Source: Rotaria socialis
Lineage: Eukaryota
Length of the DNA stretch: 64,000 bases
Assembly (NCBI GenBank): GCA_905331295.1
Contig: CAJNYD010000551.1
Span: 62,001-126,000, forward strand
Direction: 5' to 3'
This document shows, one piece after another, positions 28,292-42,652 of the stretch (position 1 is its first letter; each line of letters opens with the position of its first letter). Below the pieces are notes generated by a model. It saw only the letters and a program-made list of their open reading frames with translations, had not been told where the DNA came from and ran no database searches. A program made the translations under genes and the position numbers.

Positions 28292-30201
28292 GGCAAACTT
28301 TTTCAATAATATAGTTCAAATATTAAAATAAATATTATTTTTCCAATTCCAATTTGAATTTATTATGTCCGTATAAAACATAACAAGATTCGGAGACCAT
28401 AGTTTAAAGTTCAATCTGACAAACTATCCACATAGGTTGTCAAGCCAACAAAAGTTTCTCTCTGGTTTCAATTTGCTTTTGTTTACTATGGGTCGAAATT
28501 CTACCATTTTCTGACTGTTCTTTATTGTAGAAATTTCCTAATTAAATTAATTAGTGAGTGGGAGTCATCTCATAAATGTTCAGATTTTTTGAATACTTCA
28601 AATGAGCTACTTTGGTTAATTTAAACAAAAACATGAATTCTATCAAACTAAGACAATGAACATGAGGAGTTTATAAATAGTATAATTTTTTTTGTAGTCG
28701 TGAAATGAATGCTTGAATTGCATTAGTATTTTGACAAACTATCAATGGCTTGTTTTTTTACATCCATTCAATCGATCAATATACAGGACACCATTACTTT
28801 TCGATTCTAATGAAAGAAAAATAAAACTTCTGACATCATAGATTTTTGAAGGCTTCCATTATGTACATAAATAGACATAAAAAGGAATATGATTTGAAAG
28901 ACGTATTGCTTGTACAGTTTATTTTGCACCCTGTGCAGGAGAATGTAAAGGCACGGCTGTTCTATTTTCACTCCAAGGTTGATTTTGTTTCGAATGCTTG
29001 CTTGACATCATCTTATATAACAAAACAATGAAAATTTTAATATAAGCACAGCATATATTAAATAAAAAGTTGATGAATTTGAATAATGAAAAAGATCCCG
29101 TCGTAGCGTTAGTCTTGTCATCTTCGGAATTTTCTGTTCTAAAGAATAATTTCTAGTGCTTTAATGAAAAGTAAGTCTTACAGCAGCCAAATAAATGTAT
29201 TTTATTTTACTAACAGCAAACTAATTTATATTTAAATGAATGTTTATTTTGATTATAAAATTTTCGCTGCTTTCTATATTATAAAGAGAAATGATCAAAT
29301 TTTTAGTAGTCTACTTTAATTACTGGTTTTCCTATTTGGTAAACAACAAAAATTTCATTGTAAAAATCGTACCGAAGTGACTTAAATTGAACTAAATATA
29401 AAATAATTGTCTACTGGCTAATGACATTAAAACAACAAAATTTCATTTTTGTCTGCGTATTAGTGAAAAATTGTCTACAAGTAATGCATTAAAACATGAT
29501 GCATATGATTGGAGATTGATATCTAATTCGACATAGATATAAATGTACATGAAATAAAAGACTAGCTAAGCAAATACATTGGATGACTCAAAATATATGA
29601 TAATAATGCTTTGTTTGTTAAAGTCAATTCGTTTTGTAATGTGACCCTTGACTTTTGTATTTGAAGAGAAAAATTTCATTTTGAATGCCTCAAAAATTGG
29701 TTTATTTGAATTTGAATTTGATAATTTTATATGAATTTAGCGATCGACTATGTATTACTTGTCGTACATTTATTTATTCATTTCTAGTCTATCAAACAAT
29801 GAACATCCGTAGAAAACGACTTCCTTGAACAATTATACGCACTCATTTTGATGAAGATAAGCAGGCACATGTAAATTATATGCTAAGGCATATATTTTAC
29901 TTTTAATAACATCAACTAGTTGAAAAATTATTTACCATAGGCTTTTTGATTGCAATAGTCACAACAGTCAATACTACTTACTTCAATAAACTGTATTTAT
30001 TATTTAGCAAATATTATATTACGTGATGTTTTAGAATGTTTGTGAGAAAGCTAAAAAAGCTTCCTCTAGTATATCGCACTACGCCACTTACTTTCTTCTT
30101 CAATCAGAAGTCAGAGTAACTTCTCATTCTGTTTTAAATCTCTTCAAATATGATTCAATAAAACTACCGTATATGCTTACAAAAATAGAAAAAGTATAGT
30201 A

Positions 30202-30537
30202 CCCAGGTGAATCAATCCGATACCGAATCCCATCGGATTCTATGGGGTCCTACCATCCGACGAAATCCCGTTGAATTCCTGGTTGAGGAATCAATGTCGA
30301 ATCCGACAGTCGTATTTCCAATGATATCCGATTGTCGGAACCGAAGCGTTCCGGTTCCGATTGACGGTTACTGTCGGATTTCATTAGTTTCCGATATTAG
30401 GATCCGATATCGATTTCGGAACCAGGAATCCGACGATAATCCGATAGTTTCCTTGCGCCTTCCGAAGAGCTTCGTCGGATTGCAATAGGAACCGATCGAA
30501 ACTCGTCGGATCCTAAGCTAGGATTCATTCTCCTGGG
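30202..30537. mobile_element. MITE with TA target-site duplication (Tc1/mariner-type)
   Basis: TA|CCCAGGTGAATCAATCC ... GGATTCATTCTCCTGGG|TA: a 17-bp TIR with 2 mismatches, flanked by TA on both sides. The interior is GC-richer and dense in TCCGA/TCGGA motifs. Confidence 0.8.
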
Positions 30538-30585
30538 TATAAGACGAAACAGCACCGTTATTTAGATCGTATAAAGATTATGTAT

Positions 30586-31607
30586 CAGAGCATCAACCAG
30601 GCCGTGTTTTTGTAGGCCTGATCGGTCCGTGACAGGCCTTTGCATTTCAAGCCTGCCTGTGCCTGTCAGCTAATTTGCTTGACCTGGCCTGCCTGCCTGG
30701 CAATCTTTTTAATGCTAACACCATTACGAGGATAGAATAGAAACATGCAGTTAATGTTGAGAATGAAGAAAACCAGTTTAGTTAATTTAATATGACTGCA
30801 TTAAGCATTTACTTAGCGAAGTTTTCATACAAAAAATGAGGAAACATCGGATTTGCATCCGATTGTTGTGTACTACAAAAACTGAGTCGATTTATATATA
30901 TTTTGAATAATTCTGAGAAAAAAATTTTGTTTTTGAAAAAATCCCTGTAACACCGCCCGGGCGGGNAATGACAACTTTTTCGATAACTCAGCCATTTCTT
31001 GACAGATTGCTTTCATCGTCGAACTCGACTGAGATATTGATGAGATCATTCTGTGTACAAAATTTCATGATAATTGAATGAGGCTTTCAAAAGTTATCGT
31101 GTTAACGGCTGGACACACTGACCGACTCTAGGGTGGACTCATTTTTTTGTGTACACAAAAATAATACATCAGAGACAGCATGGTATAACATTAAGAAAAA
31201 AAGTTTTGTTTTTGTTCAAGAATGTTTTGAATGGATCTCACAAAGAGAATATCATTTAAAAATTGAGGATCCAAAGAAGAACGACGTTCTGTTACAACTA
31301 GTCCAGCAGATAAATGAAAACACAGCAAGCGAATGTAGAAAGAAAATGAACTATGCAATTTGAACTGAACACTAGTCATCATTTGGATCAATCACAAATG
31401 AACACAGAACATTATTCTATGCTTCATCTGATTATTAGCGTCACATTCAATTAAAAAAGTTTATATCAAAAATAAAATAAAATTATAAATATAAAGAATA
31501 GAGACAAGCCAGGCGGCCTGGTGTTTTTAAGCTGCCTGGCTGCCTGGACGAGGGTTCGACCTGGCCTGTCACAGGTAGGCAGGCCTAGTGACCTGGTTGA
31601 TGCTCTG
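30586..31607. mobile_element. Non-autonomous hAT-type DNA transposon
   Basis: Perfect 16-bp TIR CAGAGCATCAACCAGG (30586-30601) / CCTGGTTGATGCTCTG (31592-31607). Perfect 8-bp TSD TTATGTAT at 30578-30585 and 31608-31615. Subterminal GCCTG/CAGGC arrays at both ends. Confidence 0.92.
30826..31163. mobile_element. Candidate nested Helentron-associated (DINE-1/HINE-like) element
   Basis: Subterminal IR ACAAAAAATGAG (30829-30840) vs CTCATTTTTTTGT (31138-31150). Hairpin ATCGGAT-ttgc-ATCCGAT (30846-30863) near one end, palindrome TTTTTGTGTACACAAAAA (31144-31161) at the other, and a degenerate GAC-rich simple repeat near 31105-31125. Confidence 0.45.
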
Positions 31608-32043
31608 TTATGTATTATTTTTACACAAGAAAATTACTATTTGATACATGAGATGCCATGAGATGCTGAATTCGAATTCGAATATAAATAAAGCTTCAAC
31701 TACACGATATCACTTCGACAATAAAAAAATCGGGCACTCGTATAGTTACAGCAAAAAGCAAACGTTTAAATTTTATCCTATTTATAAATTTTATAATTCA
31801 AACATAGACATCATCTCTCAGCAACCTAAATTATTCCACAACTATCTATTTCCTGCCTTAAAGTATTGAAACTATGACAGGATTTGCTAGAAACCGAATT
31901 CAGATTCCAGAGTGGATATCTGAGGCCACAGATGCAATAGCGTAGCTGCTGAAACTGCGCCTCCGTTTTTCTGAATGTTCGAAAGCCATTTTCTCACAAA
32001 ACTAGAGCATACAGCTAACAGGCCAACGACTGTTTCTGGCGAT

Positions 32044-32200
32044 CTGAGCAATGCGCGTCGTAATCACAACTATAGTATTACGGCTTCCACAAATGCTACT
32101 AGCAGTCTCAGAAATCCGACTAACAATCTCAGAAATGCTACTATCAATCATAGGAATGCTCAAAGAAACCTGAATAATCCAATTAGTAAACTCAGACAGG
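32044..32200 (+). repeat. Degenerate 21-bp tandem repeat (about 7 units) inside short ORF 31975-32220
   Basis: Units such as ctcagaaatccgactaacaat and ctcagaaatgctactatcaat start at 32107, 32128, 32149, 32170 and 32191. Confidence 0.7.
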
Positions 32201-33369
32201 CCCGTAGCATTCTGATTTGAATTGTTGGAAACTGACGCATGGTCGTAGCGTACACATTGAGGATTGCTTACTGAGTGACTGCGATAAGTACGACTATTCT
32301 TGCTCGAACAGAGTATGGTTACATCTCGCACCTGTGGGTGCTGCGAAGGGTTTGGTTAGGGTGCGATTGGACATACATGGATGTCTCAATTTGAATTATA
32401 AAATTTAAACTTTTTGCTTTTTTGCCGCACTTATATGAATGCTTAAAGTTGAATTATAAAGGTTATATTTTGGATAAAATTTATCTTTTTCCTCTGCCCG
32501 TGCACAATAGGATTTTTGGAAAATTTCATTTATATTCGAAGTCGAATTAGGCAGCTACTCTTTTTTAGATCTAAGAACTGTCTTTTTTACATACCAACCA
32601 TTAACCCTGCTGTGCTATCTCATGATTTATGAGAGTAAAAAATATTTGAAGTTTTAACTATTAAAGTAAGCCTAAAAGATGGCGACAATCTTATTTCTGA
32701 TAGTTTTCTCTTTCAATTCTGTTTTATTAATAATTTCAATTGACTCGATATAAAATTCCTACAAAGTTGTAAAACTCGAATCAATAAATGAAAGCGAACA
32801 AAACATACCAGCTTCTCAATATGTACCACCGTTTTTAGTAGTCGGTCGTCTTGCCAAAAAAATGCTGTACTACACAAGAATGAAAAAAAAATATGGCACG
32901 ATCGTTTTAAGTCTCATTTATTAAACTTTTTCTATACGTGACTTGATCTTGATGTAAGAGAGAGAGAGAGAGAGTTGTGACTAGATAAAAAATATTTTTT
33001 TTTTGTTAAACTCATAATAAACAAGAAACTACAACATTGAAGTATTTTTAAAAAATGGGATGGGGAACAAAGTTGGTCACAAAATAGATAGAATAAAAAA
33101 AGCTTTCAACCCTAAGCAACAGGAGCTATAACGAGCTTCAGATCATATGGTAATGCTGCTATTGTTACAGCTCGTAGAGATTTATGTTCACAGATAAAAC
33201 TATGGTCCCTTGCTGAAGTACTAATTTATAAAATATTTAGTAAAACAAATTATAAAAAAGATCCACATAAAACTCATGAAGTTATATTTTTTTCCTCATA
33301 TGAACTCATAATTATCATAATCATAGTTCTTTTGAATCTCTACAAATTTAATGAATAACAAGCAAAACA

Positions 33370-34906
33370 TCAATCTCTAATAATTCGAGCATCGGACGGT
33401 AAACCAACAGCAGTTGCTTTCAAAGTTACAGGTAGAAAACGTTCTGTTTTATTATAAAAAGTATCTTGTTGTTGGGGAATATAAGTAGGCTTTATATATT
33501 TTGCATTGACATGTTTGGATCGAAAATGTTTACTCGCAGTAGTTGTTGTTGAGGATTTATTGTCAATAGACACTGTTTCAGGTATAGTTGCTTGTCGAAC
33601 GGAATTACATCCTGATGTCGATCTGTCACGCATTGAAAGACGTGCACTAGCTTCACTTATCGAACGACGCGTACTATTTGTTGTTGTTGTTGTTGTTGTT
33701 GTTAGTAGTGGCGAATTACATGACGATAATTTAATTATAGGAAGAGACGGTACTGAGGTGCCTATCTTAGATTGCTCTTTGAATTTTTTATCTTTATCTT
33801 GCGTTTCGACAAGACGAAAACGAAGACTATAGTTAGAAAAGTGAAATGATTTTTTTCCTGTTTCATCAATTGATCTGTCCATGGTTCCATCAATACTTTG
33901 AACTGTGTCAACAATACGTGATCTTTGCGGACGTTCAATCATAGGTAATATTGACGTTGATTGTTGTGTCATTTTATCATCACTTCTGTCGGTAATCGAT
34001 AATCCACTAGTGTCTTTTTCTTCAGTTGGCGGAAGCATCAATTGTACATTTTTCTGTTCTGCGAGACGTTTTAAATAAGTTTCTCGAATACTATCGAGAC
34101 GTGCTTGAAGCCGTTTACGTAAATGTCGTTTAATATTTGGTTTGACTTCATCGTCGGTTATATCAATTAGATCCACAAGTTCCATCATACCTTTTTCATA
34201 TGCTAAATCTCGACATGAAAACGCTCGTTGTCGAATAGGATTTGCCTTACGAACACGAAATTCATGAAGATTAGCTGCATATTTAACATTAACTGCTAAT
34301 TGATCGATAAGATATTCAGCAACTTCAACTCGTTCTCTTCTAATGGCTGCCATAAGAAGAGATTCCATAAACTAAATTATAATAAATATAATTCTATCTA
34401 GCGATAGAATGAATGAAAATTTCTTGTGAGAAGAACTATTGCAATCATCGAAGTGCATTTTTGTTCATATGATGTATTCGAAAGAAATGGTTTTACAATT
34501 CTCTTCTTACGTGTGTCATATTAGGGTCGGCACCTTTTTGCTCATCGAACAATCGTTGCAGTCGTTCGATAGAACCATCTTCAGTTGCTTTAAAAAACTC
34601 CTAAAATATTCAATTACTTTTTCTTTTATATCTATTATTCGGACATTTATATTTAACCTCAATTTGCACTGAACGGATTGGACTTGTTGCTCTATCGACA
34701 GTTTTCGATGAGAGTTTAGCTTTTTGCTTTAATTGATTATTAAAAAGTAAAACAAAACAAAAAGTCAATAAACAAATTCCTAATGGATTGCATACAATTT
34801 TTTCTAATTGATATTTTCCGCGGGTCATAGGCGTTTTTCTGGTCTCGTTAGCTAGGAAAATTTAAATATTATTTATTGATGAATTGATTACTGTCTTACC
34901 ATTCAT
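33370..34906 (-). CDS. Ankyrin-repeat-like protein with long disordered C-terminus, about 5 exons
   Basis: Spliced model MN|ANETRKTPMTRGKYQLEKI|QKAKLSS...VQIE|EFFKATEDGSIERLQRLFDEQKGADPNMTH|FMESLLMAAIRRERVEVAEYLIDQLAVNVK...CRDLAYEKGMMELVDLI. The GADPN and LLMAA...VAEYLI patterns resemble ankyrin repeats. The last exon is 332 codons. Confidence 0.7.
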
Positions 34907-36599
34907 TGGAAATGTAGAGGTACTCACTTAACGAACAATATATGCCATTTATTTGCTACACTTTCATAAACGCATTGTTTGTCACTGAGGCTACACTCGT
35001 GTCTTCTTCTGCTAGTAATCGAACAAAGTAAATAGTAGAAAGAAAAATGTAGTTCTCGTTTGTTCATTTTACATTGCTTCTCTTTTACATTTAAAACATA
35101 AATTAACAAAATAAAAAAAACAAATTCCCTTCGGGCACAAACGAAAAAGAAGAACGTCTTCGAAAAATACAATTTTTTTTGCTTGTTTAAATGAAAAATG
35201 CCATGCTCACATGTATATTTTGTAAGCTAAATTCGTTGCAGTAAGAAATTCCACAGTTTTATTAGTATTTGTTATTATCTACTAAAACGCGCTTTTTTCA
35301 TTATCTATTCAAATGAAATAGGTATAGGATAACACAAAGAAACACATGCTAAATAATCTCTTTGAACCGGTCGTCTTCATAAATAATTAGGATCGCTTAT
35401 TACACTATAGAAGCGAACTTGAAATCGAAATCGAAAACGTTAAATGTGACTAGTTTGTCCTAGTCGGGAAAACTTGTAGAGTGCGCTAGTTACTGACTAT
35501 GAAAATTGAGAAAAAAAAGAGTTTCTCATGTAATCACGACGGTTGTTTAAATAAGATTATGACAGTAGGATTCGATCGCATCTGAAAATCTTAAACCCAT
35601 CATGCTGGAATATAGATTTTTTTCTGATTCACGATCAATTGAATAAAAATCTACACGTATACTATTCATACACATGATGAAGATAGTGAATATCATGGCA
35701 ATACTGAGTGTGTGTAAATACACTTTAATTTCGTCAAGATGAAACTTTCCTCCGCAGAAGAGATATGATCAATTCTTACACACGCTCTAAAATATAAGAA
35801 AAGTTTATTAAAGAGCATTCAATTTATTATTCACAATTGATTAAGACTATTTTTAGAAATAAATAAAATTAAGTGAGCAGACTAATACTTCACGTTTTTT
35901 TTCTTTCTAAACTCTGCACTACTTCATTCATTGTTTTTTGCTCCGAGTATTCATTGTTTGCCACGAACGAACGAACGCTGCGTAAACATCTACAACGAAC
36001 TGCTCGTACTACTTTAATATGCCATCCTTTGTCACAGAATAATTCTTCTTTTCCACAGTTGAGAATCCACACCACTATGACTTCGTTTGATTTAACAAAA
36101 ATTTCAAATAACTGATAAACATGTATTTTGTCAATGCATCGATTTTAGAAACGAAATAAACCCCTAGTTAACTTGTAATTACTTTCACACAATTGCAATC
36201 AAGTCATTAGGACTTATTCATTTCCAACAGAAAGAAAATGACACATTCAAGATTATAAATTGTATAATTGATTTTTCTCGGTATGTATCGTCAACTGATT
36301 ATTTTTCATTTGTCTAATTATTTGAATTTATGATAGCGATTAGCAAAATGTGGACTCAACTCATTCGTGAGCTTCAGAGAAAAATATCTTCTGTCAAATT
36401 TGACTAAAATCGATATCTTAATAAACATCAGCAAAAATTATTTCTACGGTTAACTCAGCACCAGTTCTAGTGCACAAATGCTAGGCAGTACAGAATTAAT
36501 CAATTGGTATTTTTGATAAGTTTTTAAATAAATACGAGATTATATTAAATTAACAAAAAATAAATTAACGAAAAATAATCTACGATCAAAGAGGTTCGT

Positions 36600-40038
<3,439 letters not shown>

Positions 40039-42652
40039 TTTTGTTTGCATTTGCCTTATCCAATAAATAGAACGAATAGAAAGGACAAGTGAACGAATCA
40101 CATATACGGAGAACGAAAAATAACTTTCTCTTTGTAGTAGAAAATATCTCTCGCACTGCCGAGGGCCCATATGCACGTATATATAATAGACATGACTTGT
40201 GAGCAGCAGTACTTTCGATTATATTGGAATTTTGATTTTCGTTATTATCTCTTCTTAAATTCTACTGAACGCAAAACGCACAACGTCATTCACATATGAC
40301 TAAATCATAGTAAGCGAATGAAACGAATGTTTCTACAGAAAAACGAGATTAACAATTAAAAAAAGTAATACTGGATGTTTTCTAATTAAACTATACTTTA
40401 CTTCCATAGAATAATTTAAATGACAATCGAGAACACAAAATAGTGAAATTAAGGTCAACCTCAATCTAAGGTAGAAGAGATACTTATAGAATTGTTGACA
40501 TTCGAAAAGCTATGCAAGTATTTAGTTGACTAAAAGTTTAGAAAATTAGTTCACGAATTGATTGATTGTTATTGCTTAGGTTTTGAGTTCAAGTTATTTT
40601 TCTCATGGGGTTCTTCGTGAATCTTGTATTTTTGGTATATTCTCATCTCGTTGTCAGAGACTTCAGAAATTTTTATTGGCAAAAAAACTAAAACGCAAAC
40701 AAGAAAAGTTTCTCAATACAAAATGAATGACGTTATTGAATAAAAACTTGGATCTGTCCGGTTTGCCTAGTCTTCAATAGCGATTGTGTGCGTGAGTATT
40801 ACTGAATAGAATATCTTCACGGTTATCCTTACCATAAACGTTTTCACCATAGAGCGTCACAGTATTAAATATGACAGAACAATATCTATTGTTTCTATAC
40901 CATTAAATAGTAGTTAGTTATGGAGTTTGATTATGACATTCCTACGTAGCGCCATCATGTAATGCATCTTTTCTGAACATATCTTTGAGATAAAAATAGG
41001 CGCAGCGTTGATTTCAATCCAGACGTTTATTTACCATTCTGTTTAACCTGTATTGTTGCTAACATTAACTATTTATTTATTCTTCAAATGGGACTATTTG
41101 TAATTGTTAACATATGTTTTCATTGCTACTTCTTACAATTCACGAAAAATCTGCATAATCAATAGTACTCTTAGAAAACAAATATGACCTATATGTGTTT
41201 TTTCTCTCGTTAATGAACATCTGCTAGTTGGCACACCCTCCGTTTTATATTAAATTATTTTCTCTGCTTGTTCTCGTTTGCCTTTCGTTCGCTTACATTC
41301 AACAGGAAAGGGATAAAGGTCCTATTTATTTTTATATATATTCGCAAGGAATGAGAATTAAACTCGTATCTAACGTAAATCCTTTAAAACAATATATACA
41401 GATGAGCTTGACATGGGAACAGAATGTTTTTACATAAAAAGATAGAGACCAGAAGCACCTCAGATGTAAACAATATACTTCAATAAAAAAAAACACCGCC
41501 CCACAACTTTTACATTAAGACAACTTGCATCAGTTGTTTCAAATCAAGATAATACTTGACATTTCATTCCATCATTAGTAAATGCTGCCAGAAATATATT
41601 TAATATCATGAATTTATTTTAATTAGCATATAATAAACAATGCTAAATTATGAAATGCGGTGGTGCTGTGTGTTGAGCGTGCAACAGGACTCACACCTAC
41701 ATTGACCCACTACCGCACCCTTCTGTCAGTGTTCGATACCAGTAAAGAGAAGATCGATTTCTGCACATATACAGTATTAAAAATTGAAAGTTTCGAGTAC
41801 TATAAATTCAATCTTCTTGCGAGAGTACTATTAAAGTTTTAACACTGCTCAAAATTTGGAATTGCAGCTCTAAAGCCTCTGTATAGTTAATCATTCATGT
41901 GATTAAAAACACGAATCGATCTTATTTCAAAAACAAAATGTCGTATTTTTGTTATTTGTACTTAATCATTTTTCAAGTTTTCAATAAGTATCTTACGTTG
42001 TATTTTGTAAAGATTTACGAGCATTTTCGTTACTCAATGGCCGTTCGATACATGATCTAATCTCGGTTGCATACCTTATTTTGCAATGATTTATGATAAA
42101 GCAATAAACGATATCTATATACTCGAGAAAAACTGATAAAATATCATACTTTATAGATGCATAAAAATATTTCTTTTCCAAAATAATCGACTTTCGCGAC
42201 CAATAAAAAAAGTTGCATTTTTTCTATATAAGTGCATAATTCTTAATGAATTAAATTGCAGACTATTCATAAGCTGACCGACGAAAAAATTAGTGACGTT
42301 TAAATTGTGGAAAGTACTGAGTTTTTGAATAATATCTAAAAAATAGGCTAAATAATACTGGAAGATATATTTATATCATAGAAGCAATTGATATAGTTGT
42401 GTACTGTATGGAAGATTACAGGTCCATACTATGAGCAAGCAGTGTACGTCGAGGGTGATGCGAATGCAGGCCCCGGTTTTCATATTTTATGTCCCACAGA
42501 GTGTATTAAGATTATCTTGAATTCTATATATCTATACACCCCTTTTAGATTCTTTCAATAATTGCAATTACTATTGTTATTCTATACAATAAAACAAGTT
42601 TCTCTGTCGACCAGACTTTGTATACACAAATTTGGCAACAACAAACAATCAA

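Noticed and set aside
28119..28319. ORF with repeated YALNSILWPMKIRI, or a CRISPR-like array
   Set aside because: By-product of a 42-bp tandem repeat with no spacers, and the context is eukaryotic.
30207..30488. 93-aa ORF as a transposase
   Set aside because: Lies inside a MITE, has no transposase motifs, and stays open because of higher GC.
33104..33222. Possible degenerate MITE (taagcaacaggagctata ... tatggtcccttgctgaag)
   Set aside because: The inverted match is too weak and there is no clear TSD.
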